From positions 432,527 to 496,526 of the forward strand of contig BPJG01000001.1 in NCBI GenBank assembly GCA_026004495.1: a DNA stretch of 64,000 nucleotides, written 5' to 3'. The stretch's first letter is position 1; every line of letters begins with the position of its first letter. A program made the position numbers and the translations under genes. Below the pieces are notes generated by a model. The model made no database searches. It saw only the letters and a list, made by a program, of their open reading frames with translations, and was not told where the DNA came from. This DNA comes from Candidatus Parcubacteria bacterium. GTDB lineage: Bacteria; Patescibacteriota; Minisyncoccia; UBA6257; HR35. Of the stretch, positions 32,256-41,163 are shown one piece after another.

Positions 32256-33974
32256 ATGTCAAAATATATCTTTATTTGTGGTGGGGTAATGTCAGGAGTA
32301 GGTAAGGGTATTGCTACTTCTTCAATTGCAAAAATTTTATCTTGGTATGGTTATAAGGTAACTTGTTTTAAGATTGATCCTTATGTCAACGTTGATGCTG
32401 GAACAATGAATCCTTTAGAACATGGGGAAGTTTTTGTTTTGAAAGATGGAACTGAATGTGATCAAGATATGGGGCATTATGAAAGATTTTTAAATCAAGA
32501 ATTGACAAAAGTAAATTATATGACAACTGGTAGTATTTATCTTTCACTAATTCAAAAAGAAAGAAGTTTATTTTTTAATGGCAAATGTGTTGAAGTTGTT
32601 CCTCATGTTCCCTTGGAAGTGATTGACAAAATTAATCAGGCTAAAAAATTAACTAAAGCTGAAATTGTTATTACTGAAATTGGCGGTACTGTAGGTGAAT
32701 ATCAAAATTTATTATTTTTAGAAGCAGTAAGAATTTTAAAGCTTAAACAGCCAAAAGATGTTATTTTAGTTTTAGTTAGTTATTTACCCTATCAAGGAGA
32801 GGGAATGGAAATTAAGACAAAACCAACGCAATATGCTATTCGAGCTTTAAATTCTGCTGGTCTTCAACCTGACTTTGTTTTAGCTCGAGCTCTATTTCCT
32901 TTAGATGATAAAAGAAAAGAAAAAATTTCTTTTAATTGTGGTATAGATAAAGAAAATATAATTTCTGCGCCAGATGAAAAAATAATCTATAAAATTCCTT
33001 TGAATTTTGAAAAAGAAAAAATAGGAGAAAAAATATTGAGGTTATTTAATTTAAAATCAAAAAGTAAAAAATCAAAAGATTTTTTGAAATGGCAGAAAGA
33101 ATTAAATAAAATAAAAAAAATAGATCAAGAAATTAAAATAGGTATTGTTGGCAAATACTTCAAAACAGGTGATTTTATTTTGGCTGATGTTTATATTTCA
33201 GTTATTGAAGCGATTAAACATGCAAGTTGGTTTTTGGGTTATCAGCCAAAAATTGTTTGGTTAAATTCAGAAGAATATGAAGTAGATAAAAAAAGAGTAG
33301 AGGAATTAAAAAATTATCATGGAATTGTTATTCCTGGTGGTTTTGGCTCTCGTGGTGTTGAGGGAAAAATTTTAGCGATTAAATATTGTCGGGAAAATAA
33401 AATCCCTTTATTTGGTTTATGTTATGGTCTTCAACTTATGATTGTTGAATTTGCCAGGAATGTTTGTGGTTTGAAAAATGCTCAAACAACTGAAGTAAAT
33501 CCTAAAGCAAAAAACGCGGTAATTGATATTTTAAAAGAGCAAAAGAAATTATTAAAAGAAAAACTTTATGGTGGAACAATGAGATTGGGTGATTGGGAAT
33601 GTGAAATAAAAAGAGGAACAATTGCTTGGAGAGCTTACACAGAACTTAGCAGAACTGACGCAGAATTTAGCAGAAGATATCAAAAAAATGTTTCTTTTAG
33701 TTCTACGTTTGGTCAGCCTTTTCCGCGTGTTTTGAAAGTTGTAGAAAGACACAGACATCGTTATGAAGTTAATCCTAAATATCATAAAATTTTACAAAAG
33801 AATGGTTTTGTTTTTTCGGGTACATCGCAAAATGGTTTATTGGTTGAAATTGGAGAATTGTCACAAAATATTCATCCTTTCTTTTTGGGAACTCAATTTC
33901 ATCCAGAATTGAAATCAAAATTTTTACATCCCCATCCATTGTTTCTTGAATTTATTAAGCAGAGTACAAAATAA
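32256..33974 (+). CDS. pyrG: CTP synthase (with an in-frame palindromic insertion)
   Basis: GGVMSGVGKG, KIDPYVNVDAGTMNP, PGGFGSRG, GLCYGLQ, ERHRHRYEVN, TQFHPE. Confidence 0.98.
   Translation: MSKYIFICGGVMSGVGKGIATSSIAKILSWYGYKVTCFKIDPYVNVDAGTMNPLEHGEVFVLKDGTECDQDMGHYERFLNQELTKVNYMTTGSIYLSLIQKERSLFFNGKCVEVVPHVPLEVIDKINQAKKLTKAEIVITEIGGTVGEYQNLLFLEAVRILKLKQPKDVILVLVSYLPYQGEGMEIKTKPTQYAIRALNSAGLQPDFVLARALFPLDDKRKEKISFNCGIDKENIISAPDEKIIYKIPLNFEKEKIGEKILRLFNLKSKSKKSKDFLKWQKELNKIKKIDQEIKIGIVGKYFKTGDFILADVYISVIEAIKHASWFLGYQPKIVWLNSEEYEVDKKRVEELKNYHGIVIPGGFGSRGVEGKILAIKYCRENKIPLFGLCYGLQLMIVEFARNVCGLKNAQTTEVNPKAKNAVIDILKEQKKLLKEKLYGGTMRLGDWECEIKRGTIAWRAYTELSRTDAEFSRRYQKNVSFSSTFGQPFPRVLKVVERHRHRYEVNPKYHKILQKNGFVFSGTSQNGLLVEIGELSQNIHPFFLGTQFHPELKSKFLHPHPLFLEFIKQSTK
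33637..33728. repeat. Intragenic palindromic iteron element in pyrG
   Basis: Left arm ACACAGAA/TAGCAGAA/ACGCAGAA/TAGCAGAA (CAGAA at 33640, 33650, 33661, 33671). Right arm reverse complement reads ACGCGGAA/AGGCTGAC/ACGTAGAA/TAAAAGAA. Confidence 0.8.
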
Positions 33975-34208
33975 AGTATTATTTATCTATGGTTAAAATA
34001 TAATTATTAAAATAAATAATTCTTGAATTATTTTTGTTAATTTTTGATAAATTATAAATTAATAATTTAAATAAATTTTCTTAGCTACAAAAAACTTTTT
34101 AAATCTAAGTCAAGTTATAAAAAGAAATGGATTTTTTAATTTATAATAGAAATACAATAAACACAATAATTAAGATAATTTAAATAATAATATAATTTTT
34201 AAAAATTT

Positions 34209-34874
34209 TTATTTAATTTCTTCTATTACTATTTCATCTCCTAAAATATAGGCAATTATCGCTTTATTGTCTTTGGTAAGGGTGAAATAAACATAATCAT
34301 AAGGCCCATATATTTTATCATTTAGTTGAACATAGTATTTATCATCTTTTTTATATTTTATATATACGTATTTGCCAGTTTTTTCTTCTAATAAACCCCA
34401 TATATCTAAATATTCTTTAAATATAAAATCCTTCCCTAACAATAATTTATATTTTCTTATTTTTGCTTCTTCTTCCTTAGTTTCCAATTTTATATCTTTA
34501 CCTTTTATAGGAAATACTTTATTATCTTTTTTCCTTTTAAATGTTAATAATCTAAGTGTATCCTTATTTATTAATCTTCCTCTAAATTCTCCTGTATTAT
34601 TATTATTTTCATCATATTCTTTAAGGATAACAGTTTTAGTCTTAAGATTAATCTCTCCTTCTAATTTTAACCATTTTCCTACTTTATCATATTTATATCT
34701 TCATTCTATTTTATTACTATTATCTTTTTGAGATAATTCAAGAGTAATAGGATAATTAGATATTTTTAGATTATAAGTATTAGTAATTTTATTAGTAGTT
34801 ATTGTTTGAGCATTAGAAAATAAGGGAGAAAGAATAAGAGAGATAAGGATTAAAGAGATTATTAGTTTTTTCAT
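34209..34874 (-). pseudogene. Secreted protein gene (221 codons) interrupted by one in-frame TGA at 34701-34703
   Basis: MKKLIISLILISLILSPLFSNAQ...YPITLELSQKDNSNKIE*RYKYDKVGKWLKLEG...TGEFRG continues in frame into track ORF 34209..34487. Confidence 0.75.
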
Positions 34875-35250
34875 TATTATTTATTGTTTTTTTAAGTTTT
34901 TGACTATTTATATTTAAGTCTTAAATATTATTTATAATTTATTTTAATTTTTTTTTACAAGATTATAAAAATATTTATGAAAATAAATATAAAAAATATT
35001 TTATTTTTTAATTATTAATTTTATTATTTTTTATTATAATTTATTTAAGATATTAAAGTTTTAAAAATTTATTAAATTTGATAAAGGATCTTAAATTAAG
35101 AAATGAAAACATTGTTGTTTTATTTTAATAATTAAATTAAATACCTAATAAATAAAATAATTACAGATATATTAAAATATTATTTTTTTAAAAAATTATA
35201 TCTTAATATCTATTAATCATAACTTTATAATTTTTATTAAATTTTACTAA

Positions 35251-36207
35251 ATGTATTTAATAGGAGATGTGGGTGGTACAAAAACAAGGCTAACAATTAT
35301 TGATAAGATATATATTAATTCAAATCAATCATATAGATATCTTAAACAAAAGACAAAGTTTTTTAACACCCCTCAAAAATACGAAGATTTTTTAGGATTA
35401 ATTTTTAAATTTCTTAAGAAATTGAGAAAAAGAATTGACAAAGTTTGCTTTGGATTTGCCGGTAATTTCGATTTAGATAAAGAAAAATTAATCTACTCTC
35501 CAAATTTAAAAGATTATATTGATAGAGATTTAAAGAAAGATTTAGAGAGGATTTTACATTCGTGTCAATCCGTGGTTTTAGAAAATGATGCTGCCTTAGC
35601 TGGTTTAGGTGAAGCATATTATGGAGCAGGAAAAAATTTTAATGTTTTTGGTTATATTACTTTAGGAACAGGAGTTGGAGGAGTTAAAATTATAAAACGC
35701 GAACTAATGCAAACAGGACGCGAACAGATGCAAACTAAATTTTTTATTGATGATAATGTTTTTGGTTTTGAGCCAGGACATTCATTTATTTTGATATGCG
35801 GAATAAACGGAAGCGGACACAGAATGAACGGAATAAACGGAAAAGATGCTTCCGCAAATTCCGTTAAGTCTGTGTTAAGTCCGTTATATCAGATAGAAGT
35901 TGAAGAGATTATTGGCGGTAAAAGTTTGGAAAAGATTTTTAAGAAAAAACCAGAAAAAATAAAAAATAAAAAATTATTGGATGATATGAGTAAAATTTTA
36001 GCAATATTTTTAATAAATGTTTCAATTTTTTGGTCTGTTGATAAAATTATTTTAGGCGGAGGATTAACAAAAAGTCTAAATTTTAAAAAATTAAATTTTT
36101 ATGTTAATGAATTTCATCCTTTACCAATTAAAATTAAAATAATAAAATCAAAATTAGGAGAATTCGCAGGTTTGTTTGGAGGATTAAATTATATAAAAAA
36201 TTTTTAA
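35251..36207 (+). CDS. ROK family sugar kinase (with in-frame repeat insertions)
   Basis: GDVGGTKTRL, ENDAALAGLGE, TLGTGVGG, FEPGH, IILGGG, LGEFAGLFG. Confidence 0.9.
   Translation: MYLIGDVGGTKTRLTIIDKIYINSNQSYRYLKQKTKFFNTPQKYEDFLGLIFKFLKKLRKRIDKVCFGFAGNFDLDKEKLIYSPNLKDYIDRDLKKDLERILHSCQSVVLENDAALAGLGEAYYGAGKNFNVFGYITLGTGVGGVKIIKRELMQTGREQMQTKFFIDDNVFGFEPGHSFILICGINGSGHRMNGINGKDASANSVKSVLSPLYQIEVEEIIGGKSLEKIFKKKPEKIKNKKLLDDMSKILAIFLINVSIFWSVDKIILGGGLTKSLNFKKLNFYVNEFHPLPIKIKIIKSKLGEFAGLFGGLNYIKNF
35697..35735 (+). repeat. Half-element (direct-repeat arm) in the ROK gene
   Basis: ACGCGAAC-TA-ATGCAAAC-AGG-ACGCGAAC-AG-ATGCAAAC, spacing 10/11/10 bp; encodes RELMQTGREQMQT. Confidence 0.8.
35796..35885. 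repeat. Intragenic palindromic iteron element in the ROK gene
   Basis: ATGCGGAA-AACGGAA-ACACAGAA-AACGGAA-AACGGAA, loop AAGATGC, then TTCCGCA-TTCCGTT-GTCTGTGT-GTCCGTT, a unit-by-unit inverted copy. Confidence 0.88.
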
Positions 36208-36214
36208 TATTAGA

Positions 36215-37342
36215 ATGAAGTGGTTAATATTATCTTTGTTAATAATTATATTTCTTACTATTCTTTCATTGTCTAACTCTTTTATTAAAATTCATAAAAA
36301 AGTGAGCTTTCAATTTAATTTCTCTAATCCTTATATAGAATTAAATCTAGGAATAAGAAAACCTAAAATTTGTGAAAAAAGAGTTTGGGAAATAAATTTA
36401 TCTAAGAATGAAATTTATTTTTTTGAAAATTGTAGATTAAAAATAATAATCCCAATCGCCTATCAAGCTCCTCCAGGTAAATGGTATCAAACACCTACTG
36501 GTTATTTTAGGGTTGGTATTAAAAAAGAAAAACATATTTCTTCTCTGTTTCCTGTTTATATGAATTATGCTGTTCAAATGTATGAAGATTTTTTTATTCA
36601 TGAAGTACCTTATTATTTAGATGGTAGAAGAGTTGATAATAATTTTACTGGTGGTTGTATTAGATTGGAAACAGAACAAGCTAAAAAATTTTTTGAGATG
36701 GCTCGAGCTGGTGATTTAATTATTTCTTATTTAGATATGGATAATATTAAAGTTAAAGATAATTTTGTTTTTCCTATTAAAAAAGATCAATTTTATTTAA
36801 GACAAAGATTCAATAGTCCTTTAAGAACTTCTTGGCATTCTTTAGAAGATAGAAAAATAGATTATATTCAACATGCTGGAGTTGATTTAGCACCAGATAA
36901 TGAAGCTAAAGATTTAAATGTTTATAATATTTATGATGGTAAAATTTTTAAAATAGTAAAAAATGGAGAAAATGATCATGGGCTAGGAAATACAGTGATT
37001 ATTGAACATCCTGATTTAAAGATTTATTCTTTATATGGACATCTTCAGTCAATAAATTATGATTTAAAAGAAGGCAACTTTATTAAAAAAGGAAAAAAAA
37101 TCGGGATTGTTGGCGCAACTGGCTATGGTTGTAATTATTGGAGGGTTGGCGAAGATGGGTGTGATAAAAAAGGGAAACTAGACATTCATTTACATTTTGA
37201 GATAAAAATTAAACCAGTATTAGAAAGTCCGATTGAAGCAAGATGTTTTATTAATGGTAAATATAAAAATTGTTATGACTATACACCAAATAATCCAGAG
37301 CTATTTGGTTATTATGATCCTTTAAAATTTTTGACTAAATAA
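36215..37342 (+). CDS. L,D-transpeptidase (YkuD) - M23 peptidase fusion, membrane-anchored or secreted
   Basis: QTPTGYF, FFIHEVPY..TGGCIRL (YkuD His/Cys); HAGVD, YGHL, HLHFE (M23 Zn ligands). Confidence 0.85.
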   Translation: MKWLILSLLIIIFLTILSLSNSFIKIHKKVSFQFNFSNPYIELNLGIRKPKICEKRVWEINLSKNEIYFFENCRLKIIIPIAYQAPPGKWYQTPTGYFRVGIKKEKHISSLFPVYMNYAVQMYEDFFIHEVPYYLDGRRVDNNFTGGCIRLETEQAKKFFEMARAGDLIISYLDMDNIKVKDNFVFPIKKDQFYLRQRFNSPLRTSWHSLEDRKIDYIQHAGVDLAPDNEAKDLNVYNIYDGKIFKIVKNGENDHGLGNTVIIEHPDLKIYSLYGHLQSINYDLKEGNFIKKGKKIGIVGATGYGCNYWRVGEDGCDKKGKLDIHLHFEIKIKPVLESPIEARCFINGKYKNCYDYTPNNPELFGYYDPLKFLTK

Positions 37343-37346
37343 AATA

Positions 37347-38009
37347 ATGCTTTATATTGTTCCAACTCCTATCGGCAATTTAAAGGATATTACCTTAAGA
37401 GCAATTGAGGTCTTGAAACAAGTTGATTATATTTTTTGTGAAGATACCCGAAGAACAAAAGTTTTACTTGATTATTATGATATTAAGAATAAAAAATTAA
37501 TTTCCTACTTTTCTCCATATGAAGAAAGAAAAATTCCTCAAATTTTAGAAATCTTAAAAAAATATGATGCGGTTTTAGTTGTTGATGCTGGAATGCCTTT
37601 AATTTCTGATCCTGGTTATAAATTAATTAAAGTATGCTTAGAAAATAATATTAAAATAATAGTTTTACCAGGACCTTCTGCTTTTTTAACTGCTTTAGTG
37701 GGCTCTGGACTTCCAACAGATAAATTTTTGTTTTTAGGGTTTTTACCTAAAAAGGGAATTAAGAATTATTTAGCAAAATATAAAAATTTTGATGGAACTA
37801 TTATTTTTTACGATTCACCTTATCGTTTCAAGAAAAATTTAAATTTTATTAAAGAGATTTATCCTAGGGCTTATATAGTAATTGCTCGAGAAATTTCTAA
37901 AATTTATGAAGAATATCAAAGAGGATTCATTGATGAAATCATAAGTATTTTAAAAGAAAAACCAATTAAAGGAGAAATTACAATAATATTGAGAAATAAT
38001 TTTAAATAG
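37347..38009 (+). CDS. rsmI: 16S rRNA C1402 2'-O-methyltransferase
   Basis: LYIVPTPIGNLKDITLRA, CEDTR, DAGMPLISDPG, REISKIYEE. Confidence 0.96.
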   Translation: MLYIVPTPIGNLKDITLRAIEVLKQVDYIFCEDTRRTKVLLDYYDIKNKKLISYFSPYEERKIPQILEILKKYDAVLVVDAGMPLISDPGYKLIKVCLENNIKIIVLPGPSAFLTALVGSGLPTDKFLFLGFLPKKGIKNYLAKYKNFDGTIIFYDSPYRFKKNLNFIKEIYPRAYIVIAREISKIYEEYQRGFIDEIISILKEKPIKGEITIILRNNFK

Positions 38010-38715
38010 ATTTATCTATTAAATCACATATTTTATTAAAATTTTTAGGCTTTAAACTTTGAGAGCCTATTAAAAATCCATCAAGAGGTAGATCAAGATA
38101 TATTTTAATATTATCTATAAAAACAGAACCACCATAAACTATCTTATTATTAAAACCTAAATTTTTAATAAATTTTATAAATTCACTAACAATTTCCGGC
38201 GATACCGAACCTTGCTTGTAAGTACTAATAGCCCAAGTTGGTTCATAGGCTAAAATAATACTTTTATTATTTAAATTTATATTTTTAAACAAAATTTTTA
38301 TTTGTTTTTGCCATTCTGATTTTAATATTTTTATATTTTTTATTATTTTATCTTCGCCCAAACAAACAATAGCAGTTAAATTACTATTAATTACACTTAT
38401 GATTTTTTGATTAGCAATTTTAAAATTTTCTCCTATTTTTCTTCTTTCTGAATGATTTATGATTACAAACTTTCCTCCTATTTTTTTTATCATTTTAGGA
38501 GAAATTTCTCCAGTATAAGGACCTTTATCTTGAAAATAAATATTCTGTGATCCGAATTTAATCTTTCTAAATTTAGTTATTAATGGTATAAGATAAAGAT
38601 AAGGTGGTGCGATCCAAATATCTAAATTTTTATATATTTTATATTTTTTGACCAAATTTAAGGCTTCATTAAGCGAGAGAGGATTCATTTTCCAATTGGC
38701 AATAACTGTTTTCAT
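38002..38715 (-). CDS. tpiA: Triosephosphate isomerase
   Basis: ANWKMN, GPYTGEIS, HSERR, AYEPTWAI, YGGSV, DGFLIG. Confidence 0.95.
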   Translation of the reverse strand: MKTVIANWKMNPLSLNEALNLVKKYKIYKNLDIWIAPPYLYLIPLITKFRKIKFGSQNIYFQDKGPYTGEISPKMIKKIGGKFVIINHSERRKIGENFKIANQKIISVINSNLTAIVCLGEDKIIKNIKILKSEWQKQIKILFKNINLNNKSIILAYEPTWAISTYKQGSVSPEIVSEFIKFIKNLGFNNKIVYGGSVFIDNIKIYLDLPLDGFLIGSQSLKPKNFNKICDLIDKSI

Positions 38716-38735
38716 TTAAAAAATTTTATAATAAA

Positions 38736-39422
38736 TTAATTTTTATAAAAATTTATAATTCCAATAGCAATCATTAAGGCAGTCTCTGCCCTTAAATTAG
38801 ATTTAGACAAACTTACAAATTTACATTTTTTTGAACTTAAAATTTTTAATTCTTTTTCTGAAAATCCTCCTTCGGGCCCTAGGACAATTTCAATTTTATA
38901 ATTAAAATTTATATTTCTAATATCTTCACCATATTTATCTAAAACATAAGTATTTTCAGGCAGTTCATTTAGGTTTATAGGATTAGTAATTTCTGGTAAA
39001 TAATTCCAATCTGCTATTTCTATTCCTTGATATATTATTTTTCGCCATCTATCTGAAACTTTAGCCGTAGACCAAGATATTCTTTCTGTTTTAAGGGGTA
39101 TTATTTTTTTAATTCCTAACTCAAAAACCTTACCGAGAATAAATTCAAATTTTTCTTTTTTAAGAAAACTTAAATAAAGAAAAACTTCCTTTAGGGGCAT
39201 TAACTTTCTTTTTTTTAGATATTTAGCTTTGAATATTAATGAATTTTTATCTTTTTTAGTTAAATAATAATAACCCTCAAGTAAATTATTGCCTATGAAA
39301 ATTAAGCCGTCATTTAATTTGAGTCGATAAACGTTATTAATCCTATTAATTATTTCTTGGTCCTTAATTTGCAATATTTTATCTTGATTCAATTCTTGAT
39401 TAATAAAAATCTTACGTTTCAT
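38736..39422 (-). CDS. rsmE: 16S rRNA m3U1498 methyltransferase
   Basis: ELGIKKIIPL, LGPEGGFSEKE, LRAETA (SPOUT knot). Confidence 0.88.
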   Translation of the reverse strand: MKRKIFINQELNQDKILQIKDQEIINRINNVYRLKLNDGLIFIGNNLLEGYYYLTKKDKNSLIFKAKYLKKRKLMPLKEVFLYLSFLKKEKFEFILGKVFELGIKKIIPLKTERISWSTAKVSDRWRKIIYQGIEIADWNYLPEITNPINLNELPENTYVLDKYGEDIRNINFNYKIEIVLGPEGGFSEKELKILSSKKCKFVSLSKSNLRAETALMIAIGIINFYKN

Positions 39423-40108
39423 TTACATATAGTTAAAGCTAATATATTTTTACTGCCTGACTCTCTTAAATTTTTAGCTAGTTCAAATAAAGTTGTACCT
39501 GTAGTAATTATATCATCTATAATTATCAAATTTTTTGGAGGTTTATCTTTGGCCTTGAAACAATTTTGAATGTTTTTTAATCGTTGTTGATAATCTAATT
39601 TAGCCTGAAATTCAGTTTCTTTTATTTTTTCAATTTTTTCAAAAAGAGGAAGTTTTAAATTTTTAGCAATTTTTTTAGCTAATATTTTAGTTTGATTAAA
39701 GCCTCTTTCTCTTTCTACTTTCTTACTTAAAGGAACGTAGGTAAGATGAAAATTTAAAATATTCAAATCATTTAAGTATGAGGATATTAAATTACCAAAC
39801 CAATTAAATATTTGCCAATATCCATTAAATTTACCGTCAATTATTAATTTATCTATTGGCTTGTTATTATAATCATTAAAAGTGATTAATGTTTTTATTA
39901 TATTAGAACAACAGGCGTCAATTAATTTTTCACCGATTGGTTTTCTTCGATAGCATTTAGGACAAAAGAGATAAATATTAAAATTTATATTTTTAAGACA
40001 TTGAGAACATAAATAACCTTCTTCAATGAAATTTAAACACTTATAACAAAAATTAGGAAATATACAATTTTCAGAAATATTATATAATTTTTTTATTATG
40101 TTTAACAT
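39419..40108 (-). CDS. comF: ComF/ComFC competence protein (double Zn ribbon plus PRTase)
   Basis: FPNFCYKC..CSQC..CPKC, VPLS..RERGFNQ, IIDDIITTGTTL. Confidence 0.88.
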   Translation of the reverse strand: MLNIIKKLYNISENCIFPNFCYKCLNFIEEGYLCSQCLKNINFNIYLFCPKCYRRKPIGEKLIDACCSNIIKTLITFNDYNNKPIDKLIIDGKFNGYWQIFNWFGNLISSYLNDLNILNFHLTYVPLSKKVERERGFNQTKILAKKIAKNLKLPLFEKIEKIKETEFQAKLDYQQRLKNIQNCFKAKDKPPKNLIIIDDIITTGTTLFELAKNLRESGSKNILALTICK

Positions 40109-41150
40109 CTTTGGTTCAAAAAAGGTTTTAGGGATCGATTTGGGTTCAAGATCAATTAAAATTGTTGAAATAGAAAAATATAAGAAATCTTTTATTTTAA
40201 ATAATTATATTATAATTGAATTAGAAGAAAGCCAACAATTACCATTTTTATTGGAAACCTCTCAAATTTATGAAGAAAATTTAGCTAAAGTTTTAGAGGC
40301 AGGCTTGAAAGAATTTAAGACTAAAGATGTTGTTTATAGTATTCCTTCTCTATATTATTTTTATACAAATTTTTCTTTACCATACATTCCTCTTAATGCT
40401 ATAAAAAATGCTATTAACTTTGAATATCGTAAATACTTACCCATAGGTTATGAAAAATTTGATATTGAATGGCGCAACATTAAATATACACCATTTAATT
40501 TAGAGGGTCAAGATAAGTGGCTTATTTTTTTTACTGCAATTCCTGAAAGTTATTTAAATAAAATTAAAAATATTTCATCTTTAAATAAAATAAATTTTAA
40601 AAAAGCTTACTCTGAGTTTTTTTCTTTAGAAGTTTTTTTTAAAGAATTTAAAGAAAACTTAATTTTAATAGATATAGGTTATTCGTATTCTTTTGCCTTG
40701 CTGGTTAAAGAAGGACAAATTATTCATTGTCAAAAATTAAAATTTACGATTAAAGATATTATTCAAATATTCAGTAATGTTATGTCAGTTAATAGAAAAG
40801 AAGCAGAAGGTATTTTTTTTAAGAAGGGCTTTAATATTTTACCTGAAGAAATTGATTTAAAAAAAATAATTGATGAAATTATTGATAATTTTTCTTTAGA
40901 TATATTAAAGCTAAAGGATACCCTAGAAAACAATTTTAACATTAAAATAAATTTAATATATTTAAAGGGTGGAATAACATTAGCTAATGGTTTTTTGGAA
41001 AACTTAACGACTAGATTAAAAAATATACCCCTTGCTGTTTTTAACCCTTTAAATAATTTAGTAATAACTAATGATAATATTAAAGATAAGAATATTGGAA
41101 CAATTTTAGTCCAGTCAATTGGTGCTTGTATTAAATTTTTATCAGGTTAA
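40098..41150 (+). CDS. pilM: Type IV pilus assembly protein PilM
   Basis: LGIDLGSRSIKIVE, LIDIG, IYLKGG (actin-like fold); first gene of the pilus cluster. Confidence 0.85.
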   Translation: MFNIFGSKKVLGIDLGSRSIKIVEIEKYKKSFILNNYIIIELEESQQLPFLLETSQIYEENLAKVLEAGLKEFKTKDVVYSIPSLYYFYTNFSLPYIPLNAIKNAINFEYRKYLPIGYEKFDIEWRNIKYTPFNLEGQDKWLIFFTAIPESYLNKIKNISSLNKINFKKAYSEFFSLEVFFKEFKENLILIDIGYSYSFALLVKEGQIIHCQKLKFTIKDIIQIFSNVMSVNRKEAEGIFFKKGFNILPEEIDLKKIIDEIIDNFSLDILKLKDTLENNFNIKINLIYLKGGITLANGFLENLTTRLKNIPLAVFNPLNNLVITNDNIKDKNIGTILVQSIGACIKFLSG

Positions 41151-41163
41151 AATATATATAATT

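Noticed and set aside
34875-35250. Very AT-rich 375-bp gap as oriC or ncRNA
   Set aside because: No DnaA boxes, dnaA/dnaN or GC-rich stems; consistent with a divergent promoter region.
33637-35885. CRISPR array interpretation of the short repeats
   Set aside because: Units are 7-8 bp with 2-4 bp linkers and lie inside CDSs; no spacer-sized unique sequences and no cas genes.
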